From Octopus vulgaris (taxonomy: Eukaryota): 64,000 nucleotides of DNA. The stretch spans positions 113,150,001 through 113,214,000 of the forward strand of contig OX597816.1 of the NCBI GenBank assembly GCA_951406725.2. The letters are read 5' to 3'. Made by a program: the position numbers and the translations under genes. Below, piece by piece: positions 14,090 to 27,815 of this stretch. The notes under the pieces were generated by a model, which saw only the letters and a list, made by a program, of their open reading frames with translations, was not told where the DNA came from and did no database searches. The first letter of the stretch is position 1, and each line of letters begins with the position of its first letter.

Positions 14090-14682
14090 TGTCAAAAAAA
14101 TATCATTTGTAGTAGACATTCTCTCAACACCATTCACAAGTGCCTGACTTAAACTCAGAAGTTACAGCCTGAGTTGTTATATATAATTATAAAAATTAAA
14201 AGTAATTAAAATTCAATGTTTTCTTGAAACAATAAGTTTCTATGGAGATTGGAATTTAAATTCCAAACTATGAAAAGTTTCCATTCTACAATATTCTTAA
14301 AGGAACGAAAAATTATGCAGCAACTCGGGCTAACACAGACAAGTCTCATAGGTGTAAAAGACTAACTGGCATCTCTTGTTGAAAGTACAGACAACTGTCA
14401 GATTGCTGATGTTTGTTGTGCACTCCACTGTCGTTATTTGATTACTGTTATTCTGTGTGTAAAGATCACTTATGTTTTGTAGGGTTGCTTTATTCTTACC
14501 CCTAACTTAGAAATGGAAAATGACATAGTGTTATATATAAAAATAAGCCATTTTGGGCTAGAAATATTGTGGAAAAACATGAAATTCTTTGAGCAGGCAT
14601 GTGTCTTATGTGAAATTTGTGATGAGACTGATGATCTGGAGTTGCCTCTGATATATATACATACATACATACATACATACAT

Positions 14683-14718
<36 letters not shown>

Positions 14719-15479
14719 CTGTGTGTACATGTATATGTGCACCTATCTGTATTTTACATTTGGACACAAAAATCACACAGCTATGAGCAGTGATGTTGCT
14801 GTCATTTCCCCTGTAATCAGGTCACCTACTGGCATTGTACCTTTGAAGATGTGTGAAATATGATATCCCTTCCTTGAAAAACTGATAAGAGTTAATGACA
14901 GGAAGGGCATCCAGCTATAAAGCATTTGCCTTGATAATATATTCCTCTGATTCTATTCTAGCATGTAGAAACAAATGTAAAACCAAACAAATATATATCT
15001 GTATATATGTGCATACTCAAATATATATTGATGCTTATATGTTCACACACACATACACAAGTACCTATGTATGTTTGTGCCTGCATACATACATATAAAC
15101 ATTTTTAACATTTGTAATTCTTATATCAGTAGTTGTATGAATGATAGCTATCTTTCACATCACAAAAAATATTACACATCAAACAAACATACATATACAA
15201 CGATTCATGAGACAGCATTGATGTAAAAAACCATTACCAATATTGTATTTGCACACACAAACACTGTGTGTGTGTGTGTGTATGTAAGTATCCATGCATG
15301 TGAGAGAGTGTATCTCTAAATCTAATCAATATTTCAAAAAAGCTAAATATTTTTATTGTATAATACTAAGAGTGTTAGTATCAATAGAAAGAAAGTTGTA
15401 AAGGATACAGTTCTCAAGGAAAGTTATTTAGCATGTGAAGAGCTTTTAGGAGTAGTCAGTATACGTATCAAGAAATACA

Positions 15480-15660
15480 AAAACTAATAACACTGATATC
15501 GGTAGAAAAGGCAAATAGTTATATTGGAGAATCTGAATGACAAATAGGAAATGAAATTATGAAGACTATAATAGAGAAATTTTTTAATTCAAATATATTT
15601 TGCCAGAAGTACACCATGTAATGAAGTATAATGTCTGAGGTTTTCCTGTTTTTGCTTCAA
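15480..15660 (+). mobile_element. Possible Penelope-like element GIY-YIG remnant
   Basis: From 15511: ANSYIGESE*QIGNEIM, resembling YIGET.R....RI.EH; otherwise decayed. Confidence 0.35.
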
Positions 15661-18247
15661 GGAAATTGGTAGTGTGCTTATTTGACAATCTAGTTTCAGG
15701 TGCCTACACAACCATAGAATATTTACATGCTAAGAATACTCTTTTCCATGTAAATTATTAACTTTCCAATTTGTCATTTTTTGTCCACACCAGGTTATTG
15801 TATTTTTGCAAACCATATTTGCATATTCTTTAAAAGTTATTTGATAGGATTGGCTGAATCAGTACAATGATGACCAGAATGTTTTATGTTATTTACTTAC
15901 ATCCTTTTACTTTATGAGTTCAATTCCTGCCAAAGATTTAAAAAAAATATTCTGCCTTCTATACTACCTGGTTTTATAAAATAAGTACCAGAGTGTGTTG
16001 GTACAAAGATGATTGACCGTTTCCTCTTTAAACAGCTGCTTGCAAATGTTAGAAAGCAAAGCCATTATATTTAACAATGATGAATACTGGAATGATACTA
16101 TAGTTTCTTAGCTCATCCTAGAAAATAAGAAGAGTATGTTTAGCAGAAATCCTTGTAAATTTGAATAAGAATACATCAACAGAAAGGTTAATTGCAGCCT
16201 TTGTTTTTCAATTATTCTTGATTTTAATCATTACTCTGATTGTTTTTAGATGGCATATTTCTACACATATTCTTTGGTTAATATCTATTTCACAGATCTT
16301 TATTATAACTCAAATGTTTCAAAACTCTTGTTCATTGTACCACAACTATATGACTCAATTGATATCACTTGCTACAACAAAAATAAGAAGAAACTGAAAT
16401 TTCGAAAGAAAAGCACAAATATTTCTTTGATAAGATAATGAATATTAACACAGTGAGAAAATGGTTCACTTTCAGATGAAAGATTTTATATAACAACCGT
16501 CACAGGGAATGAAAATTATTGTCGCTGCCAAATGTAAAAATCAATACCGAACACTTGAAGGATAAGACTTTGAGAAAGGAATGCATCATTAAAATTTACA
16601 GTTTGGTTGAGATATTTTTATATTTTCATTCCACGGTAGAACTAGAACTATATGTAAATCATGTTGGTTTTATAAGAACTCCATTTATAATTCTATACAA
16701 TCACTATTAAGAAAGAAATAAAAGCCCACTACTAGTCTTTGATGCTATGAAAAGAATGTCATAACTTGTGTCTTTTAATACCCAACATCTGCTGGACTCA
16801 GCCTAACTTGTTGTCAAGAAAGACATCATAAACTGACTAACATGCAAAATCCATCTGCACCAGTGAAGCTTACAAACAAGAAATCTGCCAGTTGCAGAAT
16901 ACAAACTTGCATTAGAAATAACCACTGTAAACCATATTACCCAAAATTATGAGAGAGCTACTACATGATTGCTCAACATGCCAGAAATAGTAGCCGAAAT
17001 TTTCTCGAATTACAGTCTATCATCTTTAAAAAAGAAAAAAAGATACACATCAAATAATGTTATCAAAAGTACTTACGTTTGAAAAGAAGCTGGATTATAC
17101 ACCAACTCAATCAAGCCAAATTTTGGTTGAAAAAAAATAAGCTGTCCTTAAGCAAAACATGCCCTTGGGAAACAAGTATTTTAATCATGTAGCCATATAA
17201 TATTCCTAGAATATTATATAACCAAGAGACAAAATCATTTGAGATATTAAATTGATCACATCTCATTAATTTATTTAAAGACCTAAAACGAAAGAGACAC
17301 AACAACTAGATATCAGAACTGGAGAATTGTAATTTGAATTAAAGCAATAAAGTTTAAAATGGCAATCTGTCAGTAGAACAAAAAGGAAAATACTGAAATT
17401 TTCATGCACAATCATGTTTTTGCATTTATTTCTATGTTCTTTCATCATCAGGATTTATATTATAAACAAACAAAGCACCAGAGAGAAAACTTCTAAAATA
17501 GAAAAAGAAGAGGCCACATTCATTAAAGCAATTTAATGTACCTTTAACTCAGTAACACTAAGATAAGTTGAAATAACCATAAAAATTGTCAATGAAAAGG
17601 GATTTTGAAAAATGAATTGCAATAAACATGTTATTTTGTTTGGGTTGTGCTTTTGAGTATTTTGTCACCATTTCAGTCATTGCCAAAAAACATATATAGA
17701 ATATATTGATTAAAATGTTAGGGTGATAAAAGCACTAAATAAATTGATACATCATATTATTCTTGTAGACACAACCATTTTGTTTTTTACCTTTCTATGA
17801 TGTAAAATTTATTCAGTCATCCTATATTATTTACATTTATAGTAATTTTATGATTGCAATTCACTTCCAATATGTATTATATTTACTACCAACTAGATTA
17901 AAGAAGTCTCACTTTCTGTGAATAAAACCTATTTGCATTTCCCAATTATAAATTGGATTTTTTTTTTTTTTTTTGGAAACAAAATTAATTGGAATATTTT
18001 CTTCTTCTGAGATATTCATCCAACTTGTGAAATTAGAAACGAAATGCAAAACATAAGCCGAAACAATTAATATGATCATATAAGTTTAAGATTTATGGCT
18101 TGCTCAGGCTCTCACTGCAAAGAGAGAGAGAGAGTGTGTGTGTGTGTGTGTGTGTGTATTCTATTACATTCATTTATATACTGCTTTTGTTAAATTTTTA
18201 AAATCTAATGAACTGGAGAGTATTTTTCTATTTTTCTAACATTAAAC

Positions 18248-18288
<41 letters not shown>

Positions 18289-19221
18289 ATATTGACTACA
18301 TGAAAAGAAATGTGCTGGCAGATGTTCTGCTATTTTAAAAATATTGGAACATGTGAAGAATAATGACAGTTGTTGAAATTTTACATGAAGAGGAAAGTGA
18401 TAATTTTCTTACTAAATACATAGAAAAGTGTGGTTTTAGCAACATATAAAAATAAGAAAACCGATAGCTGTTCTAGTCAATTTTCTATGTATTTGAAATA
18501 GGAATAACTGTAATCATAAGCTTGTTATCTTTGTAACTCTTGTCATAATGAAGGGGGAGTTTTCATATACTGGGATATGGTAGAATTTATCGTTTTCATA
18601 TGTTATAATCTTTGGTTTATCGCTGAAATAAATTGATTGAAGTTAGTGAAATGGTAATTAAAATTACTTGAGATTAATGCGAATTGATCAAAGTTAAACA
18701 GAATTACTAGTAAATGGCTTTTGTTGTTTAACCCCGTCTTAGTCTTCATTGACCAGACCTATGTTTTAGTCATAGTGTATCTAAAACTTCCTGATATAAT
18801 GATTTTGTTTGTTTAAGACAGTTACAAGTGATTTAAAGAAGATGTAGTTGCTACTTCAATCTGATTGAGCAATAGTATAGAGAGTTGACTAGTGGTAACA
18901 AATGAACTGGAAAGAAGTATAAGTAGTTAACATTTGGTGTACCAGTATTTCTGATTTTTCCTCTTTTTATTTTTTACTAAAAAACGGGTATCTTTTACAA
19001 AAAAAAAAATTGAATATTATATTATGTATCTTCCAGTACAAATCTTAAAAAATGTTATAAACCTTATACATACAAAGCCAAGTATATTTACTTGTGCTAT
19101 TTTGGGAATATCTTCCTAAATTCAGCTTCTCAATTTGCTATCTATATTTTAAATTTAGAGTTAAGCAAACTCATTCTAAATACCAAAGTTTGGAAAATCA
19201 GCAACTATATATATCTATCTA

Positions 19222-19265
<44 letters not shown>

Positions 19266-20799
19266 CACACACATATATATATACATATATATGTTATCTT
19301 ATGTAGTTGTACATCAGACATGCCACATGTTGTATATTTTTGTTGATTTTCTGATTTTCAAACACAGCTATCCTGTCTTCAGTTTGTAATATTCAACTAA
19401 ATATCCCTTGTGATTTTAAGTAAACTTCATAAGCTAAAAGAAAATATTTTCTTTGTTAAAGACTATCAAAGAAATCTGTTGTTTCTATCCAACACATGGA
19501 AACTTTTCCTTTCTGATTTGCCATAATGTAAGTTATCTCGTATCTTGGAAGACATATCAAAATCTTATTGATAACATAGTCGGGCTTGTGAAATTTTATG
19601 AATTCAACATTTGTTCAAATATGTTCTCCTTAACTCCTGGATAAACAGACTGTATCTCATATTTGAAAGCATAAAAAAGGCTTTCTATCATAATGACATT
19701 TATTTTTATTTTCAATTTTATTTCAATTCCTGGTGAAAGCAAATAGCCAAGCACTTGCACATTTAGTATAAATCTGATTAAACAGATATCAGGGATATTT
19801 CTAAAGATAAACAGTTATTTCGATTCTCTATAAACATATTTCAACAAGGTGGTAAGTCATACATGGGATTTTTTTTTTACAGTTGAATACCATTTAACAA
19901 AAGAAGTCTTTATTTAGTTGAATGTAGATTTCAGGCAATGAATAGTTAATTTATTTTCTGCTTTGAAGTAACAAAGCTTAGTTTTGTGCATAACTCACCA
20001 CTAAAGATACAAGAGAAATATCTGTTTTCAATATGCATACTGACATTGTGTGTGCATGTGTGTATACTCTGTGCTCTGCTGTTGCTCTACATTTTATAAG
20101 AAAAATAAAGCTGTGTCAATGCCAGTATGAAATGTCAGTAGCTACTCCTATTCATTTATAATTAAAGGGTAAATGTAGAAAGAAAGGGGCATTAATTTTA
20201 GGAAAGTCTGTGGAAGTGTGGCATTCATCATAATTTGGAAATACATTACAGCTAGAGAAGCTTGTTGTGGAAAGAATAGTAATATCATGATTGCCACATA
20301 GTTTAACTGATTTAGAGCTGCTTAAAGAATTGATCCTAGAATAAAAGTCAATGCTAAACATTCAACTTTTATTTAACCCTACTATCAATATAGTTAGAAA
20401 CTAATATGGCCAGAGATACTGCTTACAATTAATATATTTAGCTGTTGGTTCCAAAGGAGAAGAGGTAAGGGATATAAATGGCTCCTTAATTAAAATTACA
20501 ATCTTCTTTCAAAGAAATGATATATAAGAAAAACAAAAAAGTAGTTTTACTTAATCAAGTTTTAAGGGAATTATTAATGTTAAGTAGTTGTTTTCATTAT
20601 TCAATGCATCTGTGTTGAATGTGTTTTGCCTCTAATATAATTTCTATAAGATTCAAAGGAATTTGTAATGATTCCTTTCCATTTATGTAGCTTTTAAGTC
20701 ATTTATCTTTTAACTGATATTTAACTACTCATTCTAGTAAGTTCTACTTTAAAATGCTATAGTGTTCATGCTTTCACTTAAATGTAATCAACAGGTTCC

Positions 20800-21250
20800 T
20801 ATGATCTTGTCAGAGGGTTGGTAGTTGTTTGGAGCTGAAATATTTGCTCACCCTGAAGTATTTAATAATAGTGAGGCTGAGCATTTGAAGCAGTTTTGAG
20901 GGTTCTGGTTGTGTGCTGTTCATGTTTAGCAAGATAAGATAATGTTTACTTCACATGTGAAGTGTTTGCTGTTGAATGAGACAAAACTGGAATGACTGTA
21001 TAGGAAAATGTTTCTGAGGTCACCTGTCTTGAGAATCAGTGCTGGTTTAGCATGGGATAACACTGAATTGAACAAGGTTATGGGGGAATTAAGTGGAGTA
21101 TAGTCTGTATAGCAATGAGCCTTGTTTGTTGGATCAGGAGGTGCTCAGTCAGTATTTGTCACAATGATGCAGTTTAACGAGATGTTACAGAATAGGGACT
21201 GACAGAAAATTGTTAACTACACCATCTCCCATTACCTAAATATAACATGA
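20800..21250 (-). mobile_element. Possible Penelope-like element C-terminal remnant
   Basis: Minus-strand patches HFTCEVNI / YLAKHEQH and EQIFQLQT resemble the PLE endonuclease end (FTC.S.NVIY.I.C; E..WIF.L.T); heavily frameshifted. Confidence 0.3.
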
Positions 21251-21956
21251 GTTTTTACTAACATCTTGACATCTGACTCTATTGGTTCAAGATAGCCACA
21301 TGTTGACAAGATATGATATGATCAAGATGAAAGTTACCATGAATTGGTTGACATAGACAAAGTTGATTGAAATCAGGAAAATTTGAAAATTATAATAATG
21401 AAATTATTGTATACAGTGCTCAGGTGCACCACAACTTGTCAAAGGTGTGTATAAAGCATATGCAGTAATGTACAAGTATCTAAAATTTAGATACAAGTAT
21501 GCACACAAATGTACAAGTATCTAAAATTTAGAATTGTTATTCAGCAAGTTTAAGATTTTTATGATTTTGCACACTTTACTATCATAGATATTAAATTAAT
21601 GTTAGTACAATCTAAAAATCTATTATTGGTTGTGAATAAATTAGTCAAAAGTAAGATGTCTATTTACATAAGGTTTTGACTATTTTAGAATCCTTATGAA
21701 GTTTGGCTGTTCATTTAACAAATGGGTGAACACTGGAAACAGATGTCCTGAAAATATATAGCGTGAAATCTTTATAGATCTTCACACTGCAGGCAAATGC
21801 TTGGTCAAGATACTTTTAACTTGTGTGTGTATGAGAGAGAGGATGGGGGAGGGAAATGAGACGTTGTGTGAGTAATTTCTCTATAGCTTTATACTGGCTA
21901 TTGCTGTATAGCTGTTTGTGTTAGGCTGTGTAGTTCCTTTAAAATGTCTATATATA

Positions 21957-22293
21957 GGTGCAGGAGTGTTTGTATGGTAAGAAGCTGGCTTTCCAGCCTC
22001 ATGGTTCCAGGTTCAGTCCCACTGCATGGCACCTTGGGCAAGTGTCTTCTACTGTAGCCTCAGATGGAAACTGAGAGAGACCCATCATATATATATGTGT
22101 GTGTGTGTATGTGTGTTTGTCCCCACATCATCGCTTGACAACCAATGTTGGTGTGTTTATACCCCCATAACATAACAAAAGAGATCGATAAAATAAGAAC
22201 TAGGCTTGAGTTGATTTATTCGACTAAAGGCAGTGCTCCAGCATGGCCACAGTCAAATGACTGAAACAAGTAAAAGAATAAAATACTAAAAGA
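21957..22293 (+). mobile_element. SINE family B, full-length copy
   Basis: Colinear with 3685-4068, including the tail ccacagtcaaatgactgaaacaagtaaaa. Confidence 0.9.
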
Positions 22294-22869
22294 ATAGCCA
22301 TTCAATCAACAAAAAGTAATCTAAGGGAAATAACTCAAGTAGGTCAATATCATGAAGTTAGTTAATTCAAGTAAGTGATGACATATCAAATGATATATAC
22401 AAAAGGTTTTTAGTGAAGTAAAATTTGCTTTTGATTTGGAGAGAGTAAACAAAATCCTATCAGCAGTTGTTTTTGACTTTCACAGAAAAGGCAAGATAAT
22501 TTCAAGAAATTACAAAAATTTATACCACAGGAAATTTTAAGCTTAACTGGGGACCTCGGCTCTTTGTTAGCAGACACAGTGACTACTACTGACATATTTC
22601 AGTCATGTTTGATCACATCAGTAAAAACATTGTCTTTGTAAACCTGCTTTGGTCAGTGGACATTTTTTACTTAAAAAACAAAACAAAGAAGTAGGTATTA
22701 CAAAGATTTTAAACCAGTATAATTTGCATATTCACAAAATATAAGTTATAATGGATATATTGTATTTAGTGCTCAGGTGCATTACAAGTTAATAGAAATA
22801 ATTCATGGCGTTCAAAAGTCATGATCAAACAGACTAAAGGACTGTCAGTATACACAACCACTGTTTAAT

Positions 22870-23086
22870 ATTCTTTTCTACTCTAGGCACAAAGCCTGAA
22901 ATTTGGGGGGAGGGAGCCAATCAATTAGATCGACTCCAATATACAACTGGTACTTAATTTATTGACCCTGAAAGGATGAAAGGCAAAGTCGACCTCGGCG
23001 GAATTTGAACTCAGAATGTAACGGCAGACGAAATACAGCCATGGATTTCGCACAGCGTACTAACGTTTCTGCCAGGTCGCCACCTT
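22870..23086 (-). mobile_element. tRNA-derived SINE family A with a 13-bp target-site duplication
   Basis: Body gaaaggatgaaaggcaaagtcgacctcggcggaatttgaactcag (reverse complement recalls the Meta-SINE central domain). Flanks are accactgtttaat (22857-22869) and accactatttaat (23087-23099). Confidence 0.9.
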
Positions 23087-23269
23087 ACCACTATTTAATG
23101 TAACACACACATCACTAGTAGAATCGTAGATACAAAAATCAAATGGATGAATACTTCAGGATTGTCTATATAAATCCTTGCAAGCATTACAAATCAGAAA
23201 TTTAAGTTTTTTGTAATCTCTGCATATGTTAAATGCCTTTAATTGTTTTGTTGCCCTAAATTTTTTTCT

Positions 23270-23620
23270 TCTCACTTGAGAGCACTATATGTCTTTCAGT
23301 GGAGTTTACATGGCTTTGGTCTTGAACCAGTTGCACAGTTTTCCAGTCCATGTTTTTACAAGACACCATATGTGTGGATGGCCATTGGCTCACAGTGAGT
23401 TCATCCATCTTTTGACAGGTCATTTTTTTTAATTCTGCAGAGTGTCTACAACACACTCCTCACCTGGCATTCCATATGGGGGAACCAGTTTATTCACCAG
23501 TCACCCAACCATGTAGTATTGTCTTACACCTGCCCGAAGTGAATACCTGATAATTAACAGAATCATTAGTATAGACTTCATCACCACGTGTATACCAATA
23601 TTCCAAGCTCAAATACAATA
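23270..23620 (-). mobile_element. Decayed RTE-clade LINE C-terminal remnant
   Basis: Minus strand CKTILHGWVTGE resembles the RTE K.ILQG.V.G.R.RGRP motif; disrupted. Confidence 0.35.
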
Positions 23621-24264
23621 TTTCTATACTTATTTTCAATCTTTTGTTGATTCATTTACTTGTTCTTTTTATTTATGTCTAAACTACCTGTCTTCATTCA
23701 ACCTTTTCTGCACGTCCACCTACATTGACCTTCATTTCTGACTTCATATTGAAGTCACTAAAATTACTTTTCATTTCACAATAATCTAACTACACTTTCA
23801 CTATTCAAATTCAATCTTGTTTTAGATATACATTATGATGAACTGAAGTAGGCCACATTTAATTCCTCCTTCTAGCTGTTAGGAATTTTCTATCTTTACT
23901 CTCTCTTATATATATATATATTTGGCTGTTGGTTGCTTATATTGTCAAATGAACAAGTACATTTAGTGCATTTAAAATGTAGATTCAGTAGCTGTTTATC
24001 TAAACTTTTTGTCTATATTTCATGTCCACAAATTGTATTGTACTTCCTGTGTAGTACTGGTTTCTCACACTGAAACAAGATTATAAATTCATAAGGAAGG
24101 TGTGCCTCGTATATATTTTATCAACCCTTAACGGAGAGAGTGACAAAATCAACTCAAGCAACATTTGAACTGAGAAAACAAGAAGACATAACTAAGTAAT
24201 CAAAGGCACTATTGTACCTACAAGCTGTGTTTTTACTGCTTATATATTTATTAAAATACGGTTC

Positions 24265-24520
24265 TGGTGCCACATAAAAAATACCCAGTCCACTGTAAAA
24301 CAGGTGGCATTAGGAAGGGCATCTGGTTGTAAAAACTATGCTAAAGTAGACCTTATCAGTACTGGTATCACTTGAAGAGCACCTGGTTCACTCTGTAAAG
24401 CAGTTTGCTTTAGGAAGGGCACCCTGCTGTGAAACCATGCCTAAACAGACAGTGGTGGTTGGTGCAGTCCTCTGGCTTGCCAACTCATGCCTACATGGAA
24501 GACAGGCGTTAAATGATGAT
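24265..24520 (+). mobile_element. Non-autonomous retroelement with an RTE-type tail (family E)
   Basis: Two tandem ggtgccac...aaaagcacc...ttaggaagggcatc-like units, then catgcctacatggaagacaggcgttaaatgatgat. Homologs at 41150-41400 (-), 45915-46120 (-) and 49600-49878 (+). Confidence 0.7.
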
Positions 24521-26199
24521 AATATTAAAATACTGTCTAATTTTGGAAAGATCATTTCTTAGAAAAATACTCTTACTTGCTCTGACTTGAAATACGATGA
24601 GCCTATATGTAGTTGCTTGGCTTGCTAGATAAAGCAGTCAAATTTCACATAAATTACATCCACCTTAAAGAAAAAGGACATTTTGGATGGTGTAATGTCT
24701 GGCTTACAAAAATATGGAATGATCATGGCTAGAATGTTTTTGCTCATAGGTTTGTTTAATCCAGGCTGACTTTGGGTTAAACAACTTGAAATGGCTCTGG
24801 TATATTTATGATAGTATATCACTGCTGAAGTACTGACCTGCCAAACAGAGTTTCCCTGTTCTATGTTAAATTTAGTCAAGTGGTTATATATCATATTACC
24901 CCATTTTTTTCATGTGTTATCTCTACAAGTACTCAAAGAAACCACAGCTCACCTTTAACATTGGGTGTGATATCATATAGATTGCACATATCAAAATAAA
25001 TTGTCTCTTGAAGTAATAGAAAGGAAAAAAAAAGCTTAAGTCAACATTACACACACACACACATTCAATACATTATATATATATATATACACAATTACTT
25101 GAAACAAAAATGGTGTACATGACTTTAAGGAATATTTTGAAATTTCTTAACATTGCTATTTGTAGCAATTGCAACTATTTGCAAGGCAAATGATCTCTGT
25201 AGGTTTTCTATCTAAACGTTTTCTTTCTTGCATCTCACTATCCCTCACCTTTTCTCTCTCTCTTTCTTCATGTCTTCCCTTCTTTCAGTTAATTCATACA
25301 TCAAAAACTGGCAAAAATAACAATAAACTAACTTCTTTATGCAGGTTATAACCCAAGTATAAAATCTCATCAATTGAAATGCCAGAAAAGGATCTTGTAA
25401 ATATAGTTGTATATAAAATTATGTAAAATACAGAAAAGATTGAAACACTTTTTATCATTCTTTTTTTAAACTAGGTATGTGAGAATAAAATAGATACTTG
25501 GAATAAAAAATATCCAACAAGTTAATGATTTTTTTTCTTCTACAATCTTCACAGTCTAGATCATATATCTTGTTTATCTTGTATCTCAATTACTAATTGT
25601 ATTTTTTTTTTTATGATATTTTAATTTCTAATTTTCTGTGCAATTATTTAGCAATTGATACAGATTTATCTCAGATATTGTTTCCTCAAAAAGAATTAAG
25701 GTACTAGAGAAAAATAATTCTCTTTATATTTACACTATCAGTTTAGAAATTTAATCAGTCAGCAATAATTATGACATTAACAATTAAATTATGTTTTATG
25801 ATAAGATAGTCTGTTTCTGGTCTTCAGTTAATTTGTATATTTTGCAGAACTTGGAAACCACTTAAATTCATAAAAGAAATATTATCATGAAATTTAATAT
25901 TAATACCAATATATTAATTTAAACTTTACCAATCAACTTAGGGATCCTGTATGTGGTTGCTCACCTTTCTAATAATAGATGAACCTCCCTAAAATCATGT
26001 TCTGCTGTCTTTTAAAAAAAATGATGGAAGATTACATTGAATAATACAATCCTATATCTGAAAAAAAAATGGGATAGCCACACTTAGAGTGCTCTTCATA
26101 ATATGCCTTTTGTATTGGGTCTGATTTAAGGCTAAACAACAACTAAAGGTGATGGGCTTGTTCTACCATTCATAAAATTCCTAACACCTAAATATCTAT

Positions 26200-26535
26200 T
26201 GTGTCTCAGCAAGATCTTGATATTCCCAAAATGAAATACTTCTCGAATATTTGTGCAGATTTCCCCACCCCCAAATACAAAATCAAATGTGGAGTCTGGT
26301 TGATGATGCTTCCTTTGAATCACTTTAACCTTTTTTCCATCTTTTGAATGATTGAAAGAGGCTAGTCTGATCTCTTCCTACCATTACTTCTATAAAAATT
26401 GTTCAGATGAACTTCATTCGCTGGTATCTCTAGAGTTTATTTGGTGGCATTATTAGCTACCTCTCTTTCTCCTAACACTTTGAACAGAAGTGGCCTGTAG
26501 ACTTGCTGGGAATAATTTTTGAATAAAGAAAAAAA
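26200..26535 (+). mobile_element. 3' end of a CR1/Jockey-group LINE
   Basis: LVDDASFESL*P...ASLISSYHYFYKNCSDELHSLVS resembles LQPLSHRR.VASLSLFYRYF.G.CS.EL.SLVP; ends in aataaa and an A-rich tail. Confidence 0.55.
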
Positions 26536-27598
26536 AGAACAAAAGCAAACAGAGCTTTGGTGTAGTAGCTCAACCTTGGAAAAGCTACATCTCTCTCAAA
26601 TCAAATCTTCAGCTTTAAAAAGAGAAATATGCACTGCTTATATAGACCAAAATACAGTATCACTGTAAAAAAAAGAGGGAAAAATACAGGTTGGTCACAT
26701 CTAAAACACCTTTGATCAGAAGTCAGAATTTACCTAGCATTAAATAGCAATGATTAAACATGGAATTTTTCCATCAATGTCAGCAAAATCAGTGACAGTA
26801 GCTACTGGTGCAATATGCTTGAAATTAGGAAAGAAACTATATGACCCTCCCTGCCAGCACTTTCCCTGGCCATATTCATGTTAGTAGATAAACTCAAATC
26901 TACAAGTCAAATGGATTTGGTTGATGAAAGCTGAATATCTTTGCTGGAGATAGTGAAACACCTGTGACATGATACACATTAGTTGTTCTTCAGCTAGATG
27001 TCTCATGCATACCATAACATTTCAACCACCAGCAGTTATATTCAAACAGATTTATCAAATTTATATTGTATCCCAAATATTCAAAGTAATTGAATAGTTT
27101 GATAATTGTTAGTTAATATCATCATATTTCAAATTATTTGTAAAATGACTGGAAAAAACGAAAAGAGAAACATTTAATTTATAGCAAGATAATGTTGTGT
27201 ATAGAACCAAAACGTTTTTCTTGCATTTTCCCCAAAGGCATGTGCTTTATTTATTGTTTTTTTTTGTTTTAGATTTAGTGAAGTTAAATTATGTCAATTT
27301 CTAATTTTCAATTATTATTATTGTTCGACCGTGGTCGAGACTTTCATAGTCTTTTCAAATGGCTAATAATGTGTGCGCGCGCCACTACTACACACATTGG
27401 AAAGCATTGTACAACCAAGTACTAAAGAAGATCTTTCCTCCTCCATGAAGCAAAGCTGTTCCCGCTGGACGTCAACCCAGTATTTCTAAGCTACGGACCG
27501 AGTGATTTATTGTAAGGTTATCTCCCTAGATAGATTGCCTTTCTACCCCAAATAATAATAAATGCCCAGATGCAATACTAAACAGTGGCTCCCATGGC

Positions 27599-27815
27599 TT
27601 AACCCTTTCGTTACCAACCCGGCTGAAACTGGCTCTGGCTCTGAGTACAAATGTCTTGTTTTCATAAGTTTTGAATAAAGATCTTCCACTAAACCTTTGT
27701 CACAATTTATGTTCCTAACACTAGCTGAATGATAACTAAGTTATTTTACTAAATTCTTTGTGATATTCAAAATTAATTTAAAGAAACAACAGAGATATGA
27801 AAACGAAAGGGTTAA
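27599..27815. mobile_element. piggyBac-type MITE, same family as 5358-5583
   Basis: ttaa-ccctttcgttac ... aacgaaaggg-ttaa, colinear with the first copy. A truncated left-end copy follows at ~27833-27870. Confidence 0.85.

Noticed and set aside
14315-14650. Possible MITE bounded by gcaactc / gagttgc
   Set aside because: The inverted match is short and there is no second copy in the window.
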